In this document: positions 1 to 13,049 of the stretch, piece by piece
Position numbering within the stretch: position 1 is the stretch's first letter
How the letters are laid out: every line of letters begins with the position of its first letter
Assembly: GCA_036785375.1 (NCBI GenBank)
Contig: JAWMAR010000013.1
Location: 1,240,001 to 1,304,000, forward strand
Source: Leucoraja ocellata
Taxonomy: Eukaryota
Length of the DNA: 64,000 nt
Direction: 5' to 3'
Made by a program: the position numbers and the translations under genes
The notes under the pieces: model-generated
What the model was told of the DNA's origin: nothing
Seen by the model: only the letters and a program-made list of their open reading frames with translations
Database searches by the model: none

Positions 1-14
1 CGTGCTGCTACGTC
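1..14 (-). CDS. DDX31: DDX31 coding exon 15, partial (DVAAR..., helicase motif V; truncated by window edge)
   Basis: Minus strand tctgtctttttctctcgaaag|GAC GTA GCA GCA CG; continues LLCT of exon 14 in phase 0. Confidence 0.85.
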
Positions 15-1019
15 CTTTCGAGAGAAAAAGACAGAGAATAGAAGATTACATGGTGCTGAGGCAAGACCCCAGCATGCCACTTGGTGGACTACATGATGCC
101 TGAAAGTACAGATGGACCGCAGGGCAATCGGTGCCAGCTTGTCAGTTGGATTCAAATGACTCATTTATTTGGTGCAGAAGCTTGCAAAGCGAGCAAGCTA
201 ATGGAGAGGGGGAAACCTAACGATTCACGAGGAGGGGCCACCATTTTGCCACTGTCATCCCACCATCCTGCCAAAAGTCATTATTGCCTTTTGCAGAAAG
301 CCAGCAGCAGGGTAGTGGCCCCTGTTGTCTAGGCGACAGATTGTACCTTGCTATCAGTGATGGAGTAAGAGGGAGTTAAAGCTGTCAGAAGCGCCTACAA
401 CTGTTTGAAACCAGAGGAAACTGGCATCTTACGTTAGCTCTTCAATACAAGGTGCACACAATTCATATGAATGACCTTTCCTAAAGCTGTACCATTACCA
501 AAAAGAACAAGGTCCAAATGAACAATTACAGAGGCAATAATATATGTAATTAAAAATGTGTGTAACACTTTAATGCGAGCAGGCTTGACTGCGGCAATTC
601 AACAAAGCATTTCTAGGAATTAATCCAAAATGAACTGAAGCTTTTTAACCTCAAGCTGAGAATTATTTTTTTATCAAAATGCACAAAAATAGGGAATCTG
701 CAGAGGTTTAAACAAACAGTTAGAGCATCATTAAAGGTTATTTGTAAACATGCAGCAGCAAATTGAAGCTGAATTGTTGTGAGGTCCATTAAATATGAAT
801 ATTGCAGGTCAAATACGTAAACCATATGCGGAGCTGTGAAAAATCTGAAATCAAAGGGAAAGCCCTTAAAGGTCATTTTGCCTTTAGAAGCTAAAAACAG
901 AAAGTCAAATAATTCAGTTATTCGTGGACTTAGACTATAATCTCCATTGCCCCATTAATTTTACTTGAATAAATCACTAAGTTTGCACAGGATAAATGGA
1001 AGTGGTTGTAATTCCCGCA

Positions 1020-1270
1020 ATGGAGACGCAATGAACTGCAGATGCTGGAACTTTGCATAAACAACAAAGTGCCGGAGTAATGCAGTGGGTCAGGCAGTAT
1101 CCCAGCAGCACACGCACAAGCAACGTTTTGGATCGGGACCCTTCTGCGGACTGATCAAGAGATAATTAACATTATTGGATTAAGGTCACTGATATGGCAG
1201 TAGATCCGTGAAAGTGGACAGAAAAAACAAGGGGATAAGGGGTGGCAAAAGAAAGAAGGGAAAGGCAGGA
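1020..1270 (-). mobile_element. Penelope pLTR-like fragment with decayed hammerhead
   Basis: gaactgcagatgctgg...caacgttttggatcgggacccttctgcggactga shared with other copies. Confidence 0.6.
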
Positions 1271-1318
1271 TCTCTACATTAATCACATTTTCCCCACCAA
1301 GAAAAAACATGTAATAAT

Positions 1319-1410
1319 AGAAACATAGAAAATAGGTGCAGGAGTAGGCCATTCGGCCCTTCGAGCCTGCACCGCCATTCAATATGATCATGGCTGATCA
1401 TCCAACTAAC
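1319..1410 (-). mobile_element. CR1-clade LINE 3' end, 5'-truncated, with 9-bp flanking direct repeat
   Basis: Near-identical to 63740ff and 28702ff; tgtaataat at 1310-1318 and 1411-1419. Confidence 0.8.
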
Positions 1411-1988
1411 TGTAATAATGCTTGACCAATAGAGATTGATCTTGTATTGTTACAGATAGGCTCCAAACTAATAGCAAAAGATTAGTTCAAAATAAGCATT
1501 TAGTTTAATGTACATGTTGATGAACTATATTGTTCGAGCAATACTCATGCACTTCTCCTGCCATTGTTAGCCTGACTGCAAATTAAGAAATAGGCATTTG
1601 GACATATCTATTTGAAATGTTATCATTATTCAATCACAGGATTCACAGTGTTGTCATCAAGGCAACCATTTATCAACCATTCCAAAATTCCCTCGAGAAG
1701 ATGGTAATATGTTGCTTTCTTGAAGGTGATGTTTGGGATTTCCAAGAGTTTGGGTCAAAGACAATGGACAAAGAATTCTCTCCAAATCAGTACGGATTAT
1801 AACTTGTAAACAGACTGGGAGATGGGTCTTCCCATGTTTGCTCCCCTTGTCCTTCTAACAATAAATAGCACAGGTTTGAAAGGTGCTGTACCATGTCGTC
1901 ATGGAGGAAAATATAGGCACAAAATTATGTTACCATGATACATTAGCAGGATTGAAAATGAATGTTTAAATCATTAAATGGAGTATTC

Positions 1989-2001
1989 AGAGAGAGAGTG
2001 C

Positions 2002-2050
<49 letters not shown>
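1989..2050. repeat. (AG)n(GT)n microsatellite
   Basis: Direct reading. Confidence 0.95.
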
Positions 2051-2060
<10 letters not shown>

Positions 2061-4300
2061 GACCTACGGTGCATAACAAAATGGCCTTGTGTACAGCATT
2101 GTCTCAATTATTATTTTGACTTTTATCTTGAAACTCGTGGAAAGAGTTTATGAGATTAAAACTAGCTTTGTCCTGGTCTTGAATTTACAGTGGTTGGCTC
2201 GGATAAGTTCTTGGTCAATGGTGACCACCCCGATGTTAATAGTGGAGATGCAATAATGGTGATATTAATGAAAACAAATTGAAAGTAGATTTTCTGTCTC
2301 TTGTTGGATAGTCAGCAATATGTAATTGTGCCATAAATCGCCTCTAGTCAGATCAAGCCTAAATATTATGCTGTTCTTACTGAATGTGGGAACAGATTGG
2401 TTCATTTTCTGAGGATTGGTGAATTGAACTGAACACTGTCAGGGAATATCCACACCTAACGTTACACTGGATGAAAAGCCATTGACACAGCTGGACAGAC
2501 TGGGACATTGCCTCCGAGAACTCCAGCAGTGAAGTCCTGGGGGGTGTGATGACTGGTCTCTAACAACCATAACCATCTTCCTGGTGTGACTTTAGCCAAT
2601 GGAGCGCTTGAGCCCCGTTTTGTATTCACGTAAATTAAACCAGAGCTTCTTCAACAGTCAGTCAAAATGGTGCCCTTGCCTGCAAGGGCAGTTGCTCTCA
2701 CCTTCTCTTGGCCATAAGCCCAGTCTGGCAGTTACATCCTTTAGGATACAGTCTGCTTGGTCAGTAGTGGAGCTACCGAGTCACTCTCGCTGTTTTTCTG
2801 AGCAAAATCTCTTGAGTCCACAAAGTGAACAGTGTGCATGTTGTGCTGTTACAGGAGAAAATCAGTGTGTCAATGGGTTTCTCATCATATACCTGTTATA
2901 GTGTCAGAATGAGTGTGGACTGAAGAAACTGGCTCAGTTGGTGAAGCAAATGGTTATTTTAGAAAAGGATTTCCAGTAATTTTAAATTTTGTGCATTTAC
3001 TGATTGCTGTTGGATGGAAAGGGACAGTCTGGCAGGAACCAACACAGGGTGTTGTCAGAGGTTAATTGATGTGACATGCACCAAGCTGGATTAAGCTCAT
3101 GCTGAAAGTTTACTTGGGTCACCTGTTCTGGTCACAATGTTATTTAGTGGTTATAATTTAATGGTCTTTGTTGGTGCCATCCAGATCAAACTCACCACAG
3201 GGGGAATTGTACCCTTATTCTAGCATGTCATGTACACCATTACAAGAGCATGGGTATAAAATAAAAAAATAATTTATAAAATACTACCCGTTATACCAAG
3301 TGTTCTACTTCAGGGATTCTAACCCTCTTTAATATTATTTAAAATTAATTTGCAACACCCTGCAGTGGACATATGCGTGCATGTGAACAAGTACTTTTTG
3401 CAACGTGGTTCTGTTTTATCTTTCAAATTGCTAAGGGAACATGTGTACGGCCAGACTCCAATTCACATTCAAGATATGTGTGTAATTTTTATGATGCCGA
3501 ATAAAAGAAAGTCTATGAATATATGAAACCCCTTCAGATCAACAACTGCACAACAGGAGCATGTACATTAATGCAAATGTTAGATTCTCTTGGAAAATCA
3601 ATCTCTACATTTGAAGCATCACCGTGTATGTTACAGCTGGAATGATGAATGCAGCAGAGCATATTATGCAGAGGGTTAGCTCTGCCTTGCTATTGTTTTT
3701 AAATTGTACATTTTCCTTTATTCTTGGACAGAACCAGCTTACTCAATATTTGAAAATTATTACTTCAGAAAGACATTAACTTGGTTGAAACTGGAAATGT
3801 ACGATCCAGATTAATCAAGGAAGGAAAAAACCCTCCATAGTAAACCTGGTGTTCTTTGCTTGGTTATTTTTCTTTGGCGACAGCTTGCCATGAAAGAGCA
3901 GTTCATGAGTGCGTCATTACAAACAGGATGAGCTCGGAAGGGTTTATCAGCGCTAATTACTCCCGATAGCTGTAATTTACACTTTTTCTGTGAGTGGAAA
4001 TAGTCAAGATTCACACGTTTAGAGATCAACATCTGCCACCTTTGGAGTGCAGAATGCCACCTTCTGCAGTCTGCGCAGTTGCAAGGAGAGCCAAAACAGT
4101 CCAACACACGGCTCAGATTAATACCTGACAGCAGCAGCAGCTTGGTCATTTTTAGCTCAAAGTGGACAAAACACACCTGTCTCTTTATTATGCGAGCAAT
4201 CAGTTCAAAACAAGTCACAGAGCAGTAACAGAATGAAATGAAGCGAATGTACACATTTTCTTAAATTTATAACTCCTAACAGTAACATGTTATGGAGAAG

Positions 4301-4386
4301 AGATGCGCAAATAAAATCTCATTACTCCATAAAGTTTTTGATGAGATGCGCAAATAAAATCTCATTACTCCATAACGTTTTTGATG
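4301..4386. repeat. 43-bp tandem duplication
   Basis: agatgcgcaaataaaatctcattactccataa(a/c)gtttttgatg x2, one mismatch. Confidence 0.95.
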
Positions 4387-4824
4387 CAAGCCATGCTGTG
4401 TCAGGGGATGCCAAGCAAAGGCTGCAACTTTTCCATAAGGATAAGGTCACTATCATGTGTCCAATAGGAAACAGATTATTTGTAAAAGTATTGACTTGGG
4501 ACCAAGTTAGTTACTCTCCGCCTGGGCGCAGAAAGCAAATAGCCTACTCTACTAGCATGGGGAATAGGAGAAAGAGGGTTTTATGTATCCTTACTTTAAA
4601 AAAATGTTTTATTATTAAGTACACAATATGAACATTTGAAATAATTTTGGCAATTATATTGAGCCGAAACTTTCTAAAGAACTACGGTATAATTAAATTA
4701 CAATTTTCCAGACACAGTTTGGATATTTTTAATAAACCTGCTTATTGCACTTTGTCCGTAAAGACCTGGGTCTTCTGATGAGAATAGCCTTCATGATTTT
4801 CTGAATTAATCAATAACAACAGGG

Positions 4825-4960
4825 CAGAAGGTAGAGCTACTGCCTCACAACTTCAGTAATCCATGTTTGGTTCACTTCTAATGATGTCTGCGTAGAGTTT
4901 ACACGTTCTCCCTGTCAATGTGTGGGGTTTCCCTGGTTGCTCCAGTTTCCTCCCACATCT
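4825..4960 (+). mobile_element. Degenerate HE1-like V-SINE
   Basis: ggtagagctactgcctcaca...gagtttacacgttctccctg...ctccagtttcctcccacat. Confidence 0.65.
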
Positions 4961-7134
4961 TAGTGCACTAACTTAATGCAAATGGGTGGCAGAAATGTCA
5001 GGTGGCAGATGTCAGGTAGTGCGATGGAATCGGCCACTGAGTCCGGTGGGGGAATGGGATTGATGGAATTTCTGACAGTTAACAGAAACATGATGGGTTG
5101 AATGGCCTCCTTTTGATTTCAGGAACATTTGAATATAAATAAAAGGTGATAGAGGTGCGTCAATCTTAATGGTCAGCTGATATTGGGCAGTTAATGCGGT
5201 GGTAATCTGGGTGTGGTCTAGAATGGGTAGGTAATCTGCTTGAGTGAATGTGGCAATTTCCCCACTAACTTTCTCTTTTAGGTTTATTATTGTCATGTGT
5301 ATCGAAGTACAGTGAAAAACTTTGTTTTGCACGCTATCCAATCAGACCAGATAATACTATACATAAATGCAATCAAATCAAACTCAACTAGAGTAGATAG
5401 AGCAAAGGGGAAGGTATAGACTGCAGAACATAGTTTTCAGCATTGTAATGCACCAGTTCCATTGACTGCATCTATCAGTGCAGTCAAAGCAGAGATAAAG
5501 TGTTTCAGCACAACGTACAAGCACTCTACTAAAAATCTTTCCTTTCAATCAATTTTGTTCCTACGTATTTAACTAATAATTAAATGTCACTTAACATTGT
5601 TATAGTCATCAATGCTCTTGAAAATAAAGTTTGCTTTTGGGTTATTTAAGAATTTAAAGATTTCTGGAAATATGAGCATGACATCTTTTTGGATACTGAT
5701 GGAGATGTTTCAAACATATTTGCAGCATCTTTTACCCATCTTTGTTAAGGCTCTGCAGCCTATCTAGCAATATGTGCAAAAAGTTACTTCTATGCAAAAA
5801 TTACAACATGTTAAAATGCTATTCAAAATCTAGGCGCAGTTATGTCAATAGCAGCAATTGAAGGAGCAGGTTTGCGTTGTCATTCTAGTATGTGGTTGTG
5901 AGTTGATTAAATGGCTGCAGATTGTGGTGAATGGGTGAAAGAAAATGTTGACAGAGAACGGGGCTTTGTGCTGCTGAGGTCTGTGCATGTACCCTTTGAT
6001 TCCAATGGTTCAACACAAGCACTAAACCAGGCCACCCAGTAATAAGCTCTTGCTGAGAACATCAACATTGCCAGAATTTAATTCCAATTCCAAATCCTTC
6101 ACAAAAGTAGTTTAACACTGAAACCCTTTAGTTTGTAGTAAGTGGTGAGTAAATCTGGTACAGTATCAACCTACTTTACAAATTGTTGCAAATTATTTGG
6201 GCACTTTCTGATAATATCCTAAAAATTAAAAAGGTCAGAGATTCTCCCTTTTCTACCACCTATTTTTTTTTTTTTTTAGTTTTTAACAAGTATTCTAATA
6301 AAAGCAGCAGGCAATCAGTGCAATAGGATTCTGCCTGACTGCAATCTGATTTACAGCTAATGGAATCACACTGGTATCTGCAGGGTAAATGAACCCTTCT
6401 ATCCTATATTGGCATCCAAAGATGCCAAAGATTAGTAGTTAGGCATTGACAATAAATGATGAGCTGACAGCGATACCAACACATCGCAAACTGTAAAACA
6501 AAATTCAAATCATCTGTTAAAAAAAAAAAGAATATAATCAAAATAGTCAACAGGTTAGGGATTACTTGCAAAGAGAGTAAACAAAGTTTATACTTCAGGT
6601 TGGTGATTTTTTATCAATCTAGGAAAATTCGAAATTAAACAATTTTTTAGTTGCAGAAGAAGAATTGAGTGCAGAAATTGGGGAAGAGAAAGGCAGACAG
6701 AAGAATAAACTCCACCTTTCCTCCAGTCTTCGCCCAGCTGAACCTAAAACAACAAACCTTCCCTTTTGTTCTTCCTCCCAGACCACCTTCTCTGCAATTT
6801 TAAAATTAGTTTTGAACTTTTCATAGTTCGATGAAATGCTATTAACCTGAAATGTTTATCAGCTGCTTTCAACATAGATGCTGCTTGATCTGGTGAGCAT
6901 TTAAAGAATTTTTTGTTTCCAATTTCTCACAAAAGCTCTATTTTGTTTTTCAAATGAAGCTCGTTGAAAAGCCTAACATTAGTTCACACCGTTTCTTTAG
7001 GAAAAATAATTAGCCCAGTCTCACCTATACTTCACTCTTTAATACTAAATACTGTGGCACAATGTGGTGAGACCGTGACAAAATAAGTGTTTACCACAAA
7101 TTAAAAATTAAAAAATAAATTCTCTACCATGAGG

Positions 7135-7320
7135 GTGGGTGGCACAGTGATGCAGCAGTTATCACAGCTGCCGTATGGCTCCTGGGCTCAATTCCAACCT
7201 CTGCTGCCACCAGTGTGGAGTTTGCACATTTTCCCCCTGTTGTTCTAGTTTTCTTCCACATCCCAAAGATATGCTGGTAGGTTACTGGCTGGTGTAAATT
7301 GCTCCTTGTGTAGGTGAGAG
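7135..7320 (+). mobile_element. Degenerate HE1-like V-SINE (followed by minus-strand CR1 3' fragment to about 7680)
   Basis: gtggcacagtgatgcagc...gtggagtttgcacat...cacatcccaaaga. Confidence 0.65.
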
Positions 7321-8199
7321 GCAGGAGAATCAGAGAGGAGCTGATAGGTTTGTGAGAGAGAACTGATCATAGAGCTAAAAGGCACAGAAAGAGACCCGCC
7401 AGCCCAACTCGCCCATGCTGACCATGTGCCTAACCAAGCTAGTCCCACAATTACCATTACGTGCCCCATATCCTTCCAAACTTTTCCAATCCTTGTATTT
7501 CAGGTAACTTTTTTATGTTGTAATTGTACTCGCCACTGCCATTTCCCGTCAGCTAATTCCATGTCTGCATCACTCTGTGGAAAAGATGCCCTACAGGTCA
7601 TTTGAATCTTTCCCCTCACAACTTAAATTGATGCCCTATAGTTTTAAGACTCCGTGACCTTCACAAAAAGACCGACTAATCTGAAAGGTGCAAGAGGAAT
7701 TGTGTCTCACAACATTTCACACTTAATAAACAACATTGTTTAGTAACAGAATATAGACTCCCCTGTACACTCTGACTGATTTGTACAGGTTTGCTGATTT
7801 TCTTATCTGAACATATTTTGTGGGGGCCTTTGAGAGCTTTGCCAATTTTGGTGGTAAACTGTGGGCAATTCTGTTCCATGTATCTACATCTTGTATACAA
7901 GCCAACACGTTTGATGTTTTCTTTCTAATTATTTGATAACAGGATCAATATTACTTTGAAAGCCGCAATCAGCTTTCAGTGTTTAAAGGTTAGAAAAAAA
8001 TCTTAAGGAGAAAATATGGGACCAACGTTCAGAGAATATCATACAGAACCACTGATGTGTGATGGAAGATGTTTCTGGTCACTAGAAGAACAATTTTCAC
8101 CTTCCTTGTTAGTTAATGATAAATTAGAGTTTCTTCATGCGTTTAGGAACAGATGCGGGTTACTCAGCATCTAGCACAACCCCAGGCACCATTAACTCA

Positions 8200-8340
8200 G
8201 TGTTCAAGAAGGAACTGCAGGTGCTGGAAAATCGAAGGTAGACAAAAGTGCTGGAGAAACTTAGTGGGTGCGGCAGCATCTATGGAGCGAAGGAAATAGG
8301 CAACGTTTCGGGCCGAAAAGTTGCCTATTTCCTTTGCTCC
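8200..8340. mobile_element. Short Penelope-derived fold-back insertion with TSD
   Basis: Same family as 38264-38488; inverted arms 8282-8342; ccattaactca at 8189-8199 and 8339-8349. Confidence 0.8.
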
Positions 8341-8494
8341 ATTAACTCACAGTGTTTCCGTATTAAAAGCAAATCTCAAATCTACTATCTAATGATTTGT
8401 TTGTCACGTCCCACTTTGCTGATTCTCTTTCCTTGAAGATTCCTAATTTCTACCCTAATCGAGTCCCAGTTTCCCCTTTCAAATGTGTACTCAC

Positions 8495-8554
8495 GGTGCA
8501 AAGAAGGACACCCATATTTGATTGTGAAAACTCCAGAAAAGTTTGCTTTCTTGC
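8495..8554 (-). CDS. DDX31: DDX31 coding exon 14 (ARKQTFLEFSQSNMGVLLCT)
   Basis: ctgcag|...|gtgagt, 60 nt, phase 0-0; resembles recalled human ERTAVFQEFSHSRRGVLLCT. Confidence 0.93.
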
Positions 8555-10065
8555 CTGCAGAGTAACAGAAACAGAAACTATTGTCACAACCAGTGTAAAT
8601 GACATACCTAAATCAGTCACCATAATTCAGTTCAAACAGGGATAGTAGTTTTGATTCACTGCAATTTTCTCATTAAATTATACAAATAAACCAACTTTTC
8701 TAATTAAAAAAAAAATCACTATCACATACCAAATCACCCTGCAAGTTATGGGAACAAGACTCGCAATCCCATCTCCATCCAACTATCGGAAATTTTGAAA
8801 AAGTATTATTTTTATCATGTAAATATCTGGAACAAAGTAGTTAGTGAATGGAAACAACATCCACGTTCTTCTGGTAATAGAGTTAGATTGGAGAGATTGG
8901 GCAACTGAGGAATAAGTCTCAGGATGCAGCAAGTGACAGTAGACAATGACAGCAAGAGGAATCCCACCGTATCTAAAATGCTGCAGTACTTCCGCTCAGC
9001 AGTACCATATGGGGTATGCTATTTAGCTCCATTGAAGCTCTAATTTGAAGACATAATGCACTAATTATACTCAGGGTAATAAACATTAAAATTCCTCCCC
9101 TGACACACATCCACTTAATCTTTGCTAGATAACAGCTGGTCAGGGTGTGTGCGGCCTACATACCCGGCCGGCTCTGACTCGTGAACTACAATAGTTGCAA
9201 TGGGCAGCAAATCTGTCAGGCCAGATCTCCATTACCTGAAAAAAAATTCTCTCTGTTCCAGACCACATCAACAATGACAATCACAGAAGTGGGGTTCAAG
9301 CAATGGAGGTCTGGAACATTTTCCCGATTAGAAATCTCAGAATTTAAAATGTTGATTACATTCGCACTTTTAAAAGTAAGACAGATAGATGATGTCCATG
9401 GTCAAGCCATGTTTGTGATCAACTATTTCAGATTTCCCAAATGATTATGTTAGATATGCTGCCAGAAGTTTTCATATTCAGAACATGATGAAAGTAGAAA
9501 AGTATCGAAGATAACACACCGCTTAAACAGATTGAAAGCCATGCTACAGGTTTTCACATCGGTGAAATCAACTATGGCAAGATAAATATAATGTTCCTTA
9601 TTTTGTGGGATAATTCCTTCCACTCAAAATGATTTTCTTCACCTGCCAGAGACAGAGCTCTGCAATACTCTGAGGTTTTCCCTTTCACAGTCTAGCCAAC
9701 AAGCAGCAAGTCTCAATAACTGGGGATTTTCTGCAACCATTTAAGTGAGATCCAATGGCTGTCTGGCAGCCTGCTGTTGCACATCACACACTTTACCGTG
9801 ATGCTCCTTCCCTGCAGTTCCCCACACAGAGAGTTTCTGATCTCACCCATGCAGTCTGGGTGATAAATATTAGAAGCAACCTCGGTACTTCTGCATGGTT
9901 CTTAGCAGCTGTTTCAAGAGTAGCACAGGCAGAGGTTGTGGAAACTGCCAGGGTTATTGAATGGTGTTGGGTTGTGGAGAATCAAAGGAAGCAAAAGTTA
10001 AATCATTTCCTAATGTCAGGTGTCAGTTCTTTCAAGCCTTAACACATAAATAGCAGCACACTCAC

Positions 10066-10242
10066 CTCCTGTTCCATGTTCCCATGCAATCGCAGAAACA
10101 GCATCTTACAAGCTGAGAAAGGTAATTGTTTTTGCTCCTTGCTGGCAGAATATGAAGTAAAGGCGTTTGTGAAAAGGTTATAGTGAAATTCCACAGATTC
10201 GCAACTGGAGAAAAATATGATCATTTTCTGTTTCTTTTCAAT
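10066..10242 (-). CDS. DDX31: DDX31 coding exon 13 (IEKKQKMIIFFSSCESVEFHY...LRLHGNMEQE)
   Basis: ttttag|...|gtgagt, 177 nt; helicase motif IV and LHGxM motif. Confidence 0.95.
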
Positions 10243-10489
10243 CTAAAAAGAACAAAATGATTTGTTAGACATCAAACATGGCGGGAAACAATGTTGCTTC
10301 TATTGCTTGTGATGGGCACGAGTTTTACATTATGTGTGTATGATGATGATGATGTGAATAATAACATTTTGTTCTTCAAAGTAATGGCCTTGAAATCAAA
10401 TTTTAATGTAGCTGGCATTAGAAATGAGAAAATTGAATGAAATTTTAATATCTTTCTAATGACCACAACATTTCAAACTGTCATGGTGG

Positions 10490-11765
10490 AATATATCTTG
10501 TGCATTATGAGCCAGACCAGCAGTAAAAGTGCTCACAGACATCTTTAACCTCTCCCTACTACATTCTGAGGTTCTCATCTGCTTTACAAAGACTGCAATC
10601 ATCCTGGTATCAAGGAAAACCAATGTAGCCTTAAAAACCGCTGTCCAGTGTCTCTGACATCCACCATCATTGTGCTTCAAGACGCATATCAGCCTCCCAG
10701 AAAGCCTTGATCCACAGCAGTTTGCCTACTGTTGCAACTGGTCCACAGGAGAAGCCATCTTCCTGGTTCTACACTCATTACTGGAACATCTAGATGACAT
10801 GGGCATCTGCTCAGACTCCTATTTATTGCATATAGTTCCACCTTCAACAACATAATCCCAAACAAACACATGTCCAAACTCCTAGACCTAGTCATCAGCA
10901 CCCCCCCCCCCCCCCCCTCCGCCACTGGATCCTTGTCTTGACCCATAGGCCTCAAATCAGTGGGGATGGACAAAAACACTTTCTGCATGATAACTCTCAC
11001 CAACGGTGCCCTGCAGGGATGCATTCTCAGCTCCTTACTATACTCCCTATACACTCATGACTGTGCAACCAAATTCTGCTCCAACTTCATTTACAAGTTT
11101 ACAGATCACACCGTAGTGGGGATGAGACCGAGTAAATGAAGGCGCTGGAGACATGATGTCAAGATAACAATCTCCCGTTCAATGTCAGGAAGATGAAGTA
11201 GTTAGTTATTGACCATGCAGCGAGTCGAGGCACGTGCATCAATGGTGTCGAAGTGCAGCTGGTCGAGAGCTTCACAGCTTGGTTTGGCTACAACTATGCC
11301 CAATACTGCAGGAAATTGCAGACAGTTGTGAATGCAGCCCAGTCCGTCACACAGACCAGAATCCCACCCATTAATAGGCAATGCATTCAGGGATCCTTTT
11401 CCCCCTAACCATCTAACTCCTGTCAGGCAGAAGATACAAAAGCTTAAAAGCACATCCCACCAGAATGAGAAATAGCTTACTCCCCACTCTTATCAGACTA
11501 CTGAAACATCCTCCTATATGCTAGGGTATACGTCTGATCTTCCAACCTACCTCACTGCGGACATTGGACATTTTCTTTGTAACCGAAGCATTATAAAGCT
11601 CGAACACTATATCTGCACCCTGACATTTTTCTGTTTGCATTACCCGCTGTATTTGTGTATGGCTTGATTGTACTCATGTAGAGTATGATTTGACTGGATA
11701 GTGTACAAGCAAACGCTGTTCACTGTATCTCACGCCATGTGACAATAATAAGTCAACACTAAACA
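10490..11765 (+). mobile_element. Rex1/Babar-like LINE, decayed RT and 3' end
   Basis: Frameshifted RT peptides [34 protein letters not shown]; C17 run at 10901-10917. Confidence 0.8.
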
Positions 11766-11823
11766 TCGGTATTACTATTGTAATAACACTCAGAACATCA
11801 TACCATTTAAAAACAATTCTTAC

Positions 11824-12056
11824 TTTGAATTTTCCGAGTATGAACGCTGAAAGTGTGACCAGCCGCAGTTTGCTGGGAATCAGCACCATGAACTGTTGCA
11901 GCTGGTCTGGAATTGAATAACTGTTGGAATCTTTTTCAATATTCTTATGCTCAGTCTTCATTTCATTTGTTGCAAATGTAGTCTTGCATTGGTTGGTTTC
12001 AGTGATGCTAATATTAACTGGGTCTTTTAAACTGATTCCAGCTAATCGATTCACTC
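11824..12056 (-). CDS. DDX31: DDX31 coding exon 12 (GVNRLAGISLKDPV...IPSKLRLVTLSAFILGKFK)
   Basis: cctcag|...|gtaaga, 233 nt, phase 1-0; PSKLRLV signature of DDX31/Dbp7. Confidence 0.95.
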
Positions 12057-12775
12057 CTGAGGTAGAAACACAGACCATTTAGAAAAAAGATTGAGGTAAA
12101 GGCTTACATTTTGCGTTTGATATTCGAAATCTCTAAAGCACTCCATTTTATAAACTGCTAAATATTATTCCAGACATGCAGCGTGCTTAGTGTCTGTGAA
12201 ATAAAATCATAAGAGCAACAGCAATGTACTGGACATCTTCAAAACTGAGTATTTGATTTTATTTTTTAACTTTAATTTAGTTTATCATAGTTGTTCTTAC
12301 ACTAAAACAGAAATATCTCTGAAGATTAATACCATCTGACATTTTAATAGTTTTTACCACAGAAGTTTGAAGCTGCATCCCATAATGGCAACGTATACAA
12401 ACATACCAAACCAGAAAAAAAAAGTACATTCCATCTCTCATTCCCAGGGAATTAAATATACATGTATTCATTCTGGGGATATTAGACATTAACAAGTCCA
12501 GCATTTACTGCCTGTTGTTGTGCCTTTCAGAGGGTGTTGATAATAAGCCTTTTGTTTGAAATGTTATAATAAATATGACAAAGTCCCTCCTGCAAGGTAG
12601 GTAGGAAGTTGTTAGCTTCAACACAGCAATGAAAAAAGTAAAATTCATATTGCGTGGACAGGGAGTTAACTCCAGTCAACTAACTGGAGCCAATACTAGC
12701 GCTGCACATTGGTGCTTCAATAGCTGTTTAACAGCAGCATCACAAGCTACTTCTGTACAACAACAAACATCTCAC

Positions 12776-12882
12776 CATCAGTCAGTGTGGCAGAGAGAAG
12801 AATATTTTGCCTCTTTACATTTGCTGCATTTAAAGCATTCAGGATGACAGCGATATCCTTCTCAAAACCCAGGTCCAGCAAC
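12776..12882 (-). CDS. DDX31: DDX31 coding exon 11 ([17 protein letters not shown]...LLSATLTD, motif III SAT)
   Basis: caacag|...|gtgaga, 107 nt, phase 2-1. Confidence 0.95.
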
Positions 12883-13049
12883 CTGTTGATAGAGAACAAA
12901 ATATAACAATTATTATTTTTCTTCATAAGATATTTTTAAAGTTTCACTCAGATGTTAAACAACAATAAGCAAACCAGTGGCAGAACTCAGTGGGTCAGGC
13001 ACTTTCTGTGGAGGGAATTGGATAGATGTCACCCAAAATGTCATCTGCC

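Noticed and set aside
3811-4254. 147-aa minus ORF in DDX31 intron 14
   Set aside because: Non-ATG start, no homology recognised, and exons 14 and 15 join without it; better explained as non-coding
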